Assembly (NCBI GenBank): GCA_013265495.1
Contig: MU058636.1
Location: 10,143,066 to 10,207,065, forward strand
Direction of reading: 5' to 3'
DNA: 64,000 nt
Source: Vicugna vicugna
Lineage: Eukaryota
Of this stretch, positions 1 to 12,632 are shown one piece after another. A model generated the notes under the pieces. That model was not told where the DNA came from. It saw only the letters and a list, made by a program, of their open reading frames with translations, and made no database searches. Each line of letters begins with the position of its first letter. Within the stretch, counting starts at the first letter, position 1. Position numbers and translations under genes: made by a program.

Positions 1-639
1 GTTCAAGAAGGCAAGGGAACATGTGATGACCTGAAACTATCAAGGGTCTCCGGGCCCCCAGCGGAAAGGATGTTTCTGTCTCGGGGGTCAGGGACCAGAG
101 CAGGACCCCGGAGAGCCCAGGGCTGCCTGGGAGCAGGAAGTGCCAATTACTCTCCCGCCAGAGGGGACCACCTGCAGCCCCCACGCCCAGCAGCACAGAG
201 AGCCGGCTGTGTGTCCAGCCTTCCCTGGGCCTTGGGGCCAGGCTGTGGGCTCTGATGGGAAGCCTGGGGCTGCCAGCGTCAGGAAGGCATGAGCACGGGG
301 CGCTCCTTGCTCTGAGCACTGTGGATTACACCAGTCCCCGTCCTTTCCCACACCAGAGAGGGACTCCAGGCCACCCAGACGGCCAGCCATTTTCCCCTGG
401 GCCGGCAAGGCCACTAGCCCAGCCAAAAGGCAGGGCCAGGGAGGAGGGGTTGGGGCCATAGGCCTTCAATGAAAATATATTAGAATAAGTTTGTGTGGAG
501 GGTTCCTCCAACTCCCTTAACCCCTGTCTCTACCAGCCCCACCCCAAGGCCCTCCACCGAGCTCCTCGCCCCTCCTAGGCCGTCCCCTCCTGCCCTCTCA
601 TCACTCCCTCAACAAACGTCTCCTGGAAGCCCTCTCTGT

Positions 640-960
640 GTGGCAGACTCAGTGCGCTGTCGGGGCAGAGCAGTGAACACGGGCTGCCTCTGCCCTGGTG
701 CTCGGGCCCCGGAGCTCAGACTCCAGTGCTCCGGCTCCAGGGCAAGGAAAAGACAAGAGCCAGGTGGAAGAAGTGCCGCTGGCGGGTGGCAAGGGCTACG
801 GAAGCAGCGTTAGAGGGTGGCACAGAGGGCTGCTCTGAGCAGTGGAGTAAAGACCTAAAGGAGCTGAGGGAAGATGCTCAGTCAGAGGCAACAGCAAGCC
901 TAGGGATGAGGCTGACGGTTTAGGAAAAGGACCAGGACCAGGCGGCTGCGGGGAGGGAGC
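640..960 (-). mobile_element. L2 LINE fragment, GC/CpG-rich
   Basis: Resembles L2 3' region in reverse (gcagagcagtgaacacggg...ctctgccct...ggagctcagactccagtg); heavily diverged. Confidence 0.55.
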
Positions 961-1065
961 AGAGGCGCGCAGCAGCAGTTTACCCGAGGCCTCCTCCTCC
1001 CTTCTCTCAGGTTACCGGTCAGGAGAGCAGGCCGCCAACTCTCTCTGGGATTCTGTTCCAGCCAC

Positions 1066-1474
1066 ACTGCCTTGAGCAAGTCTATCAGCACCATTTTTCC
1101 GACAGCGTTTGCTCACTTCATGTCTCTGGGCATATTTTAATTCTCGCAATATTTCAAATGTATCCATGATGACTATGTTTCTAGTTGTGACCTGTGATCA
1201 GTGATCTCTGATGTGACCACTACAAAAAGATCACAACTCACTGAAGGCTCAGGCAATGGCTAGCATTTTTTAGCAATAAAGCATTTTTAAAATTAAGGTA
1301 TGTACATTGTTTGAGGCATAATGCTATTGGGCAATTAATAGACTACAGCCTAGTGTGAACTTTTTTATGCACTAGGAAACCAAAAAATTTGCATGACTCA
1401 CTTTATCTTTACTGTGATATTAGCTTTACTGTGGTGATCTGGAACCAAACCTGAAGTATCTCCAGGTCTGCCTG
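1066..1474 (+). mobile_element. Tigger1-type (TcMar) DNA transposon, internally deleted
   Basis: Near-5' Tigger1 motif gagcaagtctatcagcaccatttttcc joined to the 3' portion aaaaagatcacaactcactgaaggctcagg, ending in TIR-like tatctccaggtctgcctg; transposase absent. Confidence 0.85.
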
Positions 1475-1579
1475 CAGAGAGGACAAAACATAAAAGTCCC
1501 TTCAACACTCACCCCCACCCCCCTCCAGCTGTCAACAGCGTGGGGCCTCCTCCCAGTTCTCTTTTAGACAGATGCATAT

Positions 1580-1965
1580 ATGTACAATTTCTTTTCTCTA
1601 CAAGTATTGTCATACCAAAATTGCATTCAAATTGTTCTGCAATTTGCTTATTCCTCTCCAAATATATTACGGAGATTTTTCTATGATAACACAATATCAT
1701 CATGTTTTTAATTCTTCAGAAGAGATAGACCCTAATTTGGTTTAACAAACCTCCTACGGATAGTTGTTCGTGTGGTTGCCCATCTTCCTGCTCTGAAGGC
1801 CACACCACAATCAACAGCTTTGTGCAGACATCTTCACCCAGGCAGATGAGCAGTTCTTAGACGAGATCTCAGGAAGTGGATTTGCTGGGTCCAATGGTGT
1901 GTGAATTTTTTGTTTTGCTAAATACTGCCGAATTGCCTCCTAATGTACACTCCTACCAGCTTTGG
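1580..1965 (-). mobile_element. Old L1 (L1ME-like) fragment
   Basis: Antisense L1 3' motifs: aggaagtggatttgctgggtc...aaatactgccgaattgcctcc...tacactcctaccagc. Confidence 0.65.
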
Positions 1966-2369
1966 GGGGAAGTTTGTTTTTGTTTTACTTATTTGTTTTT
2001 GTTTTCAGGAACTGTAGGAGGGGTTTTCTTAGGCAGTTGTTCTAGGTAGAGGGGAGAATCATGTTTTTCCCTTAAACTAGACACAGCTACAAATGCTGTT
2101 TCTTTTATTTCTGGAGATTCAACACCCCAGCTGCATAACCTCCCCTCCTCTTACCTTTCACCCCTCTCCTCCCCACATCTCTCTTTCTCACACACACAGT
2201 AAGCGACTATAAGGGAGAATTCTTTCTCCAAAGTTTTGCTGACTGGATTTGGGACGTTATTCACACCAAGGTGTAAAAACATTGAGCCTCTTCCACAGTA
2301 GCCACCAAAGGCTTTGCTTCTCTGAGTAGGGTTACCTACCCAACACTCTTGCTTCCTTAGAAAGAGAAC

Positions 2370-2930
2370 TTGATAGTGTTGGAAGGATGACATCTGGATG
2401 GCTACAGAACTACATTTCCCAGCCTGCATTGCAGAAAGAGGCAGCCAGTGATGGGTGGGGCTTGTGAGAAGGAGTCTAGTGAAGGAGGCCAGCTTACCTG
2501 GGAAGTGAACCCTTTTGCTTGCCCCTCCTGTCTTCCGACCTGGAATTGGGGTTAATTTGGAGCATGTTCAACCATTCCAATGGACACCAGCCTTGATGCT
2601 GAGAAGAGTCCTGCAGGATTCGGCTGCAGCTTGTGTTAACTCTTTAGTTGCTGGATTTGGAGGACAACCCAGAGATACCAAGAGGCAGTGATATCTCTGC
2701 CTACTCATTCGGAAATAGGTTGATATTTTAACAACTTGTTGATCATACCAATACCTTTTGGGAAAACATCAGCCCTGCCTGAAATGAAGATGTAATGGTG
2801 CTCCAGTTGTCATGTGGGACTATGAGGGTATCTTCAAGAAGGAAACCAGGCTCTAAGGATGATGGACAAGACAGAGCCTAGGCATCTCATGAACATAGAG
2901 CCACCGCACCTACCATCTAGACTTCTTGTA
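2370..2930 (+). mobile_element. ERVL-class solo LTR (LTR33/LTR16-like), interrupted at about 2550-2780
   Basis: Motifs actacatttcccagcct, cccttttgcttgcccctcctg, gatgtaatggtgctccag, ctagacttcttgta; the middle segment looks unrelated. Confidence 0.45.
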
Positions 2931-3389
2931 CAGAAAGTCACTGGGCAGAAAGCCCATGGCATTCCTTCTCCTACTCTGGCCCACTAAGACTGAAGAAACG
3001 CCAATGCACACTTTCTATGACCAAAAGAGCAGCCCTCATTCTACAAACCTAGGACGGCTTTGCAGGATCTTTTGAAGAACCTCACCCTGCCTCACTCTCA
3101 ACAAACTCCCATTTGCCATTTCCCCTATTACACTTAACATCAGACCTTTGCACAATTCCTCAGATATGGCCTGATGCTTTTTGTTATGGATACAGTTTCT
3201 GTTCATCCAAATTAAAACTGGATTAATGTGAGACACAGCCACACCAACCTGTGGGCTCCAGGATCCCACCCCTGGTTCCCATCAGCCAGCGAAGCCCCCA
3301 GATGCACATTATCATTCCTTCCCAGGCATGGTTCAGAATATCAAAGGAGTCCAGGACCGAAGTTCACACCTATCATAAACAGGACATGG

Positions 3390-4065
3390 AAAGGTTTCTA
3401 CAGGGATGTTCAGTTAAGTCTTGTTTTTAAAAGAGAGGAAAAGAAATGTTCTACAACAGGAAATTAAAGAAACTGCAGTAAATCCATCCAATGGGCCACT
3501 CAACAGCTATTTAAAAATCATGATATACACTACGCTGTATGCCAGAAACTAACACAACCTTGTAAATCAACTGCACTTCAGTTAAAAAGAAGGAGGAGGA
3601 GGAGGAGGCAGCATACCAAGGGGAGCAGTCATGGCGATGAGGTGGCACTCTCTGGATTTAGGCAACAAGGAATAAAGGCGTGCATTGTCTGTAGAGAATG
3701 TTAAAATGATAATAAAAGGGACTAGATGTGGAAAACATAAAATAAAATAATAAAAATCATGATGTAGGAACTGTCAGCAACGTTCAAAATGTAGCAACTG
3801 AAAAGTATGTCTTGAATGATCCCGTTTGTAAAAATAATTATATATGTTCATATATTTATATGTATTATATATTTATACATATATGCACTTATAGATATTT
3901 ATACAAATGTAAAAGGACAATACTACACAAATGAATGCCAAGACCCTTTAAAAATGGTTATGTCTGAATTCATGAGTGATTTTACATTTTCTCCTCTGTG
4001 ACTTTGTGTGTATATATATATTTCACATTTTCTACAATATGTATTTTTATAATCATAAAAAACAA
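3390..4065 (+). mobile_element. Old L1ME-like 3' end, split by the young insertion at 3525-3750
   Basis: gggatgttcag...aaatccatccaatgg...cagctatttaaaaatcatgat resumes as gtagga...atgatcccgtttgtaaaa...ttttctacaat after the insertion. Confidence 0.6.
3525..3750 (+). mobile_element. Very short young L1 3' end plus transduced flank and A-rich tail, 13-bp TSD
   Basis: L1 terminus gctgtatgccagaaactaacacaaccttgtaaatcaactgcacttcag; exact TSD taaaaatcatgat at 3512-3524 and 3751-3763. Confidence 0.8.
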
Positions 4066-5004
4066 TCTGAATATCTATCAATGCTGTCATTGTCAATACC
4101 TGACTATCTTTAAGTATGTTTTAGAAAACTTGGAAATAGGTAAAGGATGAGCTAATAAGAAAAGTTCAGCCTGGAGCTTCAAGTCCATGCGTGAGTCTTA
4201 AACACACTGTTCAAAAACAAGGCTGTCTCAATTTTGGAAACCAAACGTGTTGAACTTCTTTGGTGTTTCCTAAGTTGTGTCATATGCTCCAATGATGTGC
4301 TCCATGTGACAAGCTGTCCAGTTCTTTACCAAACAAAGGCTAGAAAAGGCCACTTGAAGGCCTTGCCCATCTCTGACGTTGGTGGGCTGGGGCTGGAGTG
4401 GCCCCTCTGCCTCTCACCCTCTCCCTTGTCCCTTCAGCTCACGCTTCCCTCCCGCTGACTTGGCGCCACTCTCCACCTCTGCCCCAATCCCTCGCCTCCC
4501 TCCCCAGGGAGAATGTGTCCTGCCAGCTCTTGCCCCATCAAATGAGGAAAGGGAACTTTCTCTGCGGCTGCTGCCCCATCCTGGGAGGTTTGCTCACGAA
4601 ACCATCAATCCCGTTGGGCCTCAGACAAAGGCTGCGCTGGCCCAGCCCTGAACCAGCCTCAGCTTGGAGACAGGAACGGTGCCGCCCCTACTGTCTCAGC
4701 ACCCAGCCCCCCGGGCCAGCCCCCGTCTCCCCACCACCTGGTCCTATTTGAGGAGGATGAAGCCAGCTAGCATCTTGCAAGTACGTATCGGAGAAGCCAA
4801 GGACGCTCAGGATCCGGCAGTCGGTTCTGAAGCCTTAGCGAGGCAGCTTGTCTCCAGGTGGCCAGAGCTGGGAAGTAGTGTGGCCAGACCTCCCCGGCTG
4901 TTAGTCAGCCACGTCCACTGCCTGTCCCTCCCCACCACCTCATCTCATTAGGACTTGGAGAAACCACAACCGCTCCATGGCAGGGAATGCTGCTGCTCCG
5001 CTAT

Positions 5005-5108
5005 TGCTAAGTGCTGAATGGTGTCCTCCAAAACTCACGTGTTGACGCCCTAACCCCAGCACCTCACAGTGTGACTGTATTTGGGGATAGGGCCTTTAAA
5101 GAAGTAAA
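5005..5108 (+). mobile_element. MLT1 (MaLR) LTR 5' fragment
   Basis: gctgaatggtgtcctccaaaactcacgtgttgacgccctaaccccagcacctca...gatagggcctttaaagaagtaa is the typical MLT1A-C start; ends abruptly. Confidence 0.8.
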
Positions 5109-5589
5109 TTATGACAAAAAAATTTTTAAAGATACAACTACATGACAGGAAATTTGGAGAACAGAGGGGAAACTTTACCCAAAATACCAATAGTATAACA
5201 CAATAAAATATCATTTAAAAAAAAGCCTAAAAGCTGCCCGGGGTCATCAGGGGCTCCGGGCAGAGCAGGCAACCCCATGGGAGAGCCATCGGGACTGAAT
5301 CTTCACGAGGAAGCCGCAGCTTGCCGAGTGATGCTCCTGTCAGACCAGGCAGTTCAGACTAAACCAGACAGCACCCACTCCCCTCAGTGTCAGCCCTCTC
5401 CCACAGGCTGCACACAGACCACAGCCTGGAAAGGACCACTGCTGTGGACAGGCACAAAGTGTGCCCGGAACGTGGCATTCTCGTTAAATGTTTGAAAGGA
5501 GAGACTTCTAATGGATAACAGCTGACACATTCCTCCCAGAAGGAAACGCAAGCGCACGCCCGGCTCCCAGAGGGCAGCGCAGCGGGCCA

Positions 5590-6010
5590 GGAGAAGGGCT
5601 CGGCCAGGCTGGCGGCCGTGATCCCGGCTCCGTGTCTTCCTCCCTCTCAGAAGTTACTTAACTCTCTGTGCCTCTGAGCAAACAGGACTATTTCTGTGAA
5701 TTGGGTACCATAAAAATAGCACCTACTTCCTAGGATTGTTTTGAGAATGAGATGTAATCCTGGACACATAAAGCAACTAAGGCGAGCCTCTGCACAGAGT
5801 GAATGTTCAATAACGTTAGTTGTTAGAGTCATTTGTTTTCAAAAGACTTGGCTCCGGTCTATTGTCTATACATGGGATTTCGAGTCAGTTTTAGTCATCT
5901 CCCTGAGCTTTGGTCACCTCACCTACAAAATGAGAGCAATACATGCTCATCCTCATAAGATTGCTGTGAGCATGAAGTCCGGGAAAAGTCTGTGAAAATG
6001 CTCTGTGAAG
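5590..6010 (+). mobile_element. Two adjacent MIR SINEs (about 5590-5830 and 5860-6010)
   Basis: MIR core aagttacttaactctctgtgcctc...cacctacttcctaggattgttttgagaatgagatg; second core ctccctgagctttggtcacctcacctacaaaatgag. Confidence 0.75.
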
Positions 6011-7344
6011 CCTTCCTCCTTATATCGCTTCCAACTCGTACAGTGCCTGGTCCATGACCGCTTTTTCTGAATGTAAAACTCCATGATATAATTGTTACTT
6101 AACAGCTTGCTAAATGTTTCAGTTACAATTGAAGGACTTTTGAGTGGCTGCAGGAATTGTGGCCCATCTGATGCAATGGGTCCAACTGAGATCACAGATC
6201 AGCATCCACCTCGCTATGGTTGTTGCATCCAGTTTTTAGGACGATGGGCTGATGTGATCAAGCCAAGCGCATCTCGGCACACTGCCTGGATCCCGCCTCC
6301 CCGGCATCCTCCTGAATGACAGTCACCTGCGTCCACCTAACAGCTTGAGTAGAAGGTACACTGAGCCCCTGATGACTGTCGTCTGCAACGAGGATCAGTG
6401 TTAAAACAAATAGCGAGCTGCCCTCTCTCCATCTCAGAGCACGTTGACCTCTTCAGCTGCAGTTTGAAGAAAGTTCAGCTTTGCTCTAACTTTGTGCCTG
6501 CACTTCCTCTTCTTAACCAGACTCATTCTGGAGAGTTGTCCATTTTTAATGGCCCTGGGTCAACAATCTGCCCCCCTCCAAACAAAAAAAAAAGAGAGAG
6601 AGAAAGAAAAAGAGGAGGAGAGAAAAGCAATGGTTCAGAAGAATTTTGATTCCGTAGATTCATCAGAAACCATTTCCACGGACAAGTCATGTCTCAACTT
6701 GCCCTCTTGGGACTCTGGAGTGAAGCAAATCCCCTTGTGGGCTTTACCTAAGCACCTTAATTCTCATAAGATGAAGTTGCTGTTCCAGGAATTCATCTCA
6801 AGAAAACTTTCCTGGAAAGCTCTACTTTCCCCATAAGAAAGCATTGCTTTGTTAAGATGCTTAAGATGTTGGGGATTTGGGGGGGAGTGTAGGCACTCTG
6901 AAGGGGTCACTGACGTTCCAGGCAACCCTTGCCTGCTGGGTGGCTCACAAGACCAGGCTGAGCTGAGAGCGGAGAAAGGACAGGAACCAGACGGGTCTCG
7001 GGTCCTTCCAGCATCCCGTTCCCCTCCTGAAAATGAAGACGACGGCCTCTCCGAGGGATTCTGCCAGGGCTGATGAGATCATGTGTGCAGAAGTGCTCCA
7101 AACTCCTTGGAGAAACAGTGTTCTTTAAATACTCTTATTATCACATATCACTTTTCAGTGTGTGCTTGTGTAATCACATGGCGATATTTGCAGGTCATCT
7201 GTAGCCCTACTGGTCTGTGCTTCCTAGAAGGCCATCATGTCCCGCTCTTGTCCTCCACCTGTTCCTACTTGCCCACTGACCAGCCTACAAAGAACTCAGG
7301 GGGAAAAAAAAAGGAAGAAAAGACAAAAGGGTCAAGGCCAAAAA

Positions 7345-7530
7345 CCTCCACAGCGTCCCTCCTATGTGCCAGGTAACACACGAGGCGCTTTGTACAAACC
7401 ATCTCATTGAATGCTTACAACACCTGTGAGAAAGGGGTTATTATCACCATATCCGTGTAGAAATGGGCTCAGAAGGGTGAAGTATGCAGAAGCAGGACGC
7501 CAGCCCAGGTTCTCCTGGGTTCCCGATAGG
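7345..7530 (-). mobile_element. MIR SINE
   Basis: cctatgtgccagg...atctcattgaatgcttacaacacctgtgag...ttatcaccat...ggctcagaagggtgaag. Confidence 0.75.
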
Positions 7531-8049
7531 TTTCTCTTTCTTTCCAGCACTGCCCTTGTCCCTCAAGCGCTCCCAAAGACTGGCCAGCCTGCTGTGCACA
7601 ACTGAGAGCTGCCAGCAGGGACCCGATGAACAAGCGGGAGCCATACATAATCAGTACAGGTTTGTTTGTTATTCCAAAAGACAACATCACTAATCCAATT
7701 AAAATCTCATTGAAAAACAAGTCCTAAACACATTTTTTTTTTCAAGAGAGTTCAGTCTAGTTGAGCAAACAACTTGTCAGCCAGCCACTCCCAACCTAGT
7801 TCCGATCTTCTTTCAACTGATTGACAGTAAGCCCATCTGGTCCTCCCAGGACGCGTGTCCGTGTGGAAGGAGACGGAGTGACACAGTGGAGGGATGACGG
7901 CGGGTGGAGGGAGCCCTCTCCTCCCTCATCTCACACATGCCTTCTCTGCTTTTCCACTGACTTTCAGTCCCTTGCTTCCTTATCCAACACATCCTGCAAA
8001 CACTGAGTCCTCACTGAAGCACAGACTCATCTATTTATCAATCCAAGGC

Positions 8050-8210
8050 CCTTGCACTTGGACAAGATCCTTAACTTCTCCAGGTCATCCTTTCTTCATC
8101 TGTAAAACCATGTGGAAAAGCATAATGAGGAGAAGTCAAGGCGACAAATCTACCTATAAAGTACTTAGCATAGTGCTGCACATATATGTTGGAGCTAGGT
8201 AGTTATTACT
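8050..8210 (+). mobile_element. MIR SINE
   Basis: ttggacaagatccttaacttctc...tttcttcatctgtaaaac...taaagtacttagcatagtg. Confidence 0.7.
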
Positions 8211-8304
8211 TTTTTCAGAAACCTACAATGGCTAAAGTCCCTTAGATCAAAACTCCTAATTATGGCCATTAGGGTCCTCAACAGTGAGACCTGTTTGTCA
8301 TCTT

Positions 8305-8625
8305 CACTGATTCTTTCATACATCAAATGTTTATTGAGCATCTAACCACATGCCTGGCCGTGACAGATGAAAACATCTGCCCTTATGGGATCTACACCAG
8401 AGTAGACAGGAATAAAGCAAAGAATAATTTAAAAAAATTAATAAGTGGAGGCTTAAAGGAGGTTGGAGACAGAATTCCAGTCATGTGGGGAAAGGGAGGG
8501 CCAGGAAAAGAGAATGGCCTGAGCAAAGGCCCTGGGGCTCAAAGGTACCTGCCCAGCTCAGAGCACAGTGGACAGTCCAGGGGGAGGAGCAGGAGGGGCG
8601 AGTGGGAGGAGCCCAGGAAAGAGAG
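8305..8625 (-). mobile_element. L2 fragment
   Basis: aaatgtttattgagcatctaaccacatgcctgg...gcaaaggccctggggc. Confidence 0.7.
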
Positions 8626-8626
8626 G

Positions 8627-8925
8627 CAGGGCCGGGACCAGGGAGAGGGGAGTGAGGGACTCACACCATGAAGCTCAGTAATCAAGATGAATTATGTACT
8701 AATGCTGAAGCATTAAAAAGTCAAAATCAATGCAAAAAAATGTGTGGTAAACAAAATAGAAATATTTTAAGTAAGGACAGGATCAGGGCGGCGAGCGAGT
8801 CTCCTGTTCACCTCAGGCTATTACGTGGCTCAGCCCAGGCACGGGGATGACTGATCCCACCTTTATCTGAAATGCTGGTCATTTGTTCATTGTGGATTAT
8901 TCTGCATTGATTTGGTCAAAGCTAC
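8627..8925 (+). mobile_element. MER96B-like hAT MITE with internal inverted arms
   Basis: Starts cagggccgggaccaggg...gagtgaggg...ctcagtaatcaagatgaa; arm aaaatcaatgcaaaaaaa...aaacaaaat...caggatcag mirrored by ctgatcc...atttgttcattgtggatt...tgcattgatttgg. Confidence 0.75.
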
Positions 8926-9269
8926 TTTGTCCTCAAGGCAGCTGGGCAGTAGAACTTATAACAAAATGTGATTACTACACAAATATGTGAAGGAAGCCTA
9001 GACTTCCAACGTGTTCATTCAGCAGGAGTTGCCCAGCGCTCCCTAAACGCCAGGTGCAGACCAGACAAGAGGATATGACAGTGAGCAAAGACCCAAGCGT
9101 CTGGGCTCGCAGCCTCCTGGCAACCCCAGCAGTCCTCACACAGGAAAACAGACCCCAGAGGTGAACGGCAGCCTGAGGTTCGCAGACGCAGGGGAGCCGA
9201 TGGCCATGAAGACGCAGTTTAGCAGAGGCAGATGTGGACAGGAACCTGGCTGTACTGCCTAGAAGCTGT

Positions 9270-9395
9270 GGAGTCTTGGACACTTTATGTGCTCATTCCA
9301 AGCCTCAGTTTCCCCATCTGTCAAGTGGGAATAACCACACCCACCCTTCAAGGTTCTTGTGAGGAACCCAGCATTACCAGAAGGTGTGTGGCACC
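9270..9395 (+). mobile_element. MIR SINE core
   Basis: aagcctcagtttccccatctgtcaagtgggaataacc...ggttcttgtgagga. Confidence 0.75.
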
Positions 9396-10225
9396 TTTTA
9401 GGATTTTTACAGCAGCCCCGAAGAGCTTTCTCTTCCTACCCTGACCTATATTGAAGCCTCTCTGTCACTGACTGGGAAAAGGAGTTGGTAAGAGAATGCC
9501 CGGCTTCTCCGGCGGCTCCCAGTCTCCCAGTTCCTGTGGGGAGGCAGACAGCAGCAGATGTGAGGAAACCCTGCAGCCAAGACCATCCAGGAAGGGTTTG
9601 AGATGCTGCCAGCGGCACTCTCGGGGTTTGTGAATAAACTGTCACAGCTCAGCTCTCACCAGCTCATGGCTGTGACAGACGGGTTCCTGCATGGGTGACA
9701 CTCTCTTCTCCGCCACCCTCAACTCTGACAGTTTTTGTGGGAAAATCCAATGCTGTGCGGAAGGACAGCTGTCAAGTGGATGGAGGACTCTGGGATCCAG
9801 GTCCATGCCTTTAACCTGGTGGTCGGCTGAATCTCAGAACTGGCAGCAAGATTCCTATTCATGGGCGGGGAGGACCTCAGGATCTCCACCCGAGCAGTTC
9901 AGATCAGCAAGGGCCAGTGCCTGTGCGCAGGGCCCAAGTCACCCACCCATTTTAAGATATTCTCCTAGCAAGGTCAAAATGGTTCCACCTTGGAATTTGA
10001 GACCAGCAAGAGCAGACTAGCGCCCCTCTCCATGGTACTCTGGGGAGAGCCAGAAACAAGGATGCAGAGAGTAGTGGGCGTTTCGAGCTGGAGGTACCCC
10101 AAAGGACAGCCAGTGCAGTCATTTTCAAAGGTTCCTTTCAGCAGAGGAAACCTCTTCATCTCAAATATAATCATAAGTATAAACCCCATATGTATTTTTT
10201 AGAAAGAAGACAAAAGATGCTCTTC

Positions 10226-10430
10226 CTTGTTTCTCAACAAGGATGCTATTGAAAATGTGGGCAGACGTCTTCATTTTGTGGGACAGTCCTGCGTGTGATA
10301 GATATTTAACATTCCTGGCCCCTGTCTCTAGATTTCAATTGTTCCCTCCACCCCAAGTGACTGAAACTAAAAAGCTCGCACACATTCCCACGGCCCTCCG
10401 CACATACCATTCTCACCTGAGAATTCATCT
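10226..10430 (+). mobile_element. MER20-like hAT-Charlie element
   Basis: gtttctcaac...ctattgaaaatgtgggcagac...ttttgtgggacagtcctgcgtgtgatagatatttaacattcctggcc...ccaagtgactgaaactaaaaa. Confidence 0.65.
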
Positions 10431-10569
10431 AACTGTGGCTGCACAATTAGGTCTTGGGGGTGATGGAAGCGGCAGCTGTTGATCCTGATATGACAGCCTT
10501 GATGCTGGAGGAGGCAGAGCATCTTTGAAAGCCTCCATTAGGTGGCCTGACGACACCTGAGATAGCTAC

Positions 10570-10750
10570 ATTCTCACTGTGTTGTCAGGAGTAAGCCACT
10601 TACTGTCTTTGGGTCTCAGTTTCCTCTTCTGCAAAATGGGAATGATAATCCTTACCTACTTCACAGGCCTTTTGTGAGGACCAAATGAGGCATGGTACCC
10701 AAGCTGGCCTGGTAAACTCTCAGGCCCTCTGCTGATGCAGTGTTCATCAT
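10570..10750 (+). mobile_element. MIR SINE
   Basis: ggtctcagtttcctcttctgcaaaatgggaatgataatcc...tttgtgaggaccaaatgag. Confidence 0.8.
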
Positions 10751-12597
10751 ACTACTCTCCTGGGTATGTAAAGACACTGCTAATTTAGTCTTTTGAAAAG
10801 ACTTACCATGGAAACCAAATAATAAAAGCAAAAAGCTCAGTCATAAGGCTTCCACAGAAACCCACTTCTATTCACGTCCCTTGCACACACAGCCTCGTGG
10901 AGATGATGGTTGTACTCTGCTCCCACTGAGACACCTACTTTTTCTTTTGTAAGCCGGCAAGACAATCAACTAGCTTTGACCCACAGGGAAGGCTCGGCCA
11001 GCACAAGGTGAAAGCCAGTGACCTAGAGAAAGCTGCCTGGCAGACCTCAAGTGCTTTTTTATTACCCCAACTGGTGTGCGTGACTTGAAAATTTACCAGG
11101 AAAAAAGTTGTGAACAGACACCTCTCCTCACTTCACTCTTGTAACCAGGTGGCAATGTGACCATGCCATTTCCAGAATTCTAATAGGTTGGAACCTGGTT
11201 CATGAAAAAAGATTAAGATTTTCATTGCAAAAGAAATCAAGATGATACCACATTACTAAGGCTCCCCCCCAACCCCTGCCAACCCTGCAGGCTCAGTATT
11301 TCTTGAAAGGTGCTCTTTGATAGAGAAGGTTGTGCAGGTATGTTTTCCGGATGGGGTGAGCAAGAGAATTGATCCCGACCTCATCCCAAACTGAAACCAA
11401 CTTTTTTCTGAGTTCCAGGTCTTCTTAGGTGATAAAGTTGGGTTTAGTTTTTCCTCTTTTCCTCTGTTCCTCATACCTGGGTTCAAGCCCTGAAACGAAT
11501 GTCCTTCAAGCATTCCCAAGTAAGCGCCAGCAGCCAGGAGAGGTTGCTCTAGGCTTCGGACCAGCGTAACTCTCACAACACCCCGCCTCGCTCCCCCAGC
11601 CCCACTTCACCTCCGGCCACTGCTCCATCCGTTTGGACAAAATACAACTTCTTGTTTCAAAGGGAAAATGCACAGAAAGATTCCACTGGCTTCCTCAAGA
11701 TGTCCAGGGCAGTCCACATGGGTACATCTGACATGAAGAAGAAGCACATGATCCCACCCCTCTCTATGTACCTGGCTTATGAGAAATGGGAAGGGCGCCT
11801 GGCTAGAAACACCCTCCTCCATCCACTTCAGAGAGGAAGCATGAATCAGGAAAGTGAACCGAAAGCACCAGCCCGGGATCATCAGACCTGGATGAGGAAA
11901 ATACCAAATACCAAAAGGGCAAAAGAACATCTAAGTGAGACTTGCCTCCTCGCTCACTCTGGGGGCTCAGAGAAGCTAATCATGCAGCTGCATTTCTGAA
12001 GGCCACACGTGGCCCCGCCTGCCCTGCCTCGGCCGCCCAGGTCTGGCCACTTCACCCACTGACCTGGGGCAGCTGCACTTTGGCTGTGCCCGTCCCGCTG
12101 GTGTCCTCTAGCTCACTGCCAGGGGAACAATGAAACAGGCCCAGGAGCAAAATGCCAGTCATGGCAGCAGAAGAAAGGGGGCCTGTTAAATGTCGCTGCC
12201 TCTCCATTACCTCTGCTGCTTTCTTGACGCTCAGTCCTCTAGAGCCAGAGGCCTCTGCTAACAAAGGCCTATTAACTAAGCAACTCAGGAGAGGTACAAG
12301 AGCAAGTCTTCTCATGGCAAACGCTCAAAGTCCACCCTTCAGACAAAAGGGCTCGAGTTCTGAGCCGCGATACGGCCAGTCATTCACTTGGGGAGGCCCG
12401 AGGCAGTCGGCCCAGCGTGGCCACTCGTTTCCGTGTGACCCGGGACAAGGCAGTCTCTCTGACTCTTGGGTGTGGCGTCGGTCTAATGGGATCAGTAGCT
12501 CTCACCAGCTCCTGATGTCGGTGTGCCTGGAGGGGATGGATCATCCAGACAAACACTTCGCACGTTGTCTGGTGCAAACTCAGTTCTTATAAATGTT

Positions 12598-12632
12598 AGT
12601 TGTTGCTGTTATTATTATTATTGTTACTGTTA
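12598..12632. repeat. (TTG/TTA)n microsatellite at a MIR tail
   Basis: gttgttgctgttattattattattgttactgtt directly after ataaatgtta; produces the spurious poly-Leu/poly-Asn ORFs. Confidence 0.8.

Noticed and set aside
5105..5226. AATAAA plus A-run after the truncated MLT1 as a retro-insertion
   Set aside because: No TSD found; could equally be an old antisense L1ME fragment.
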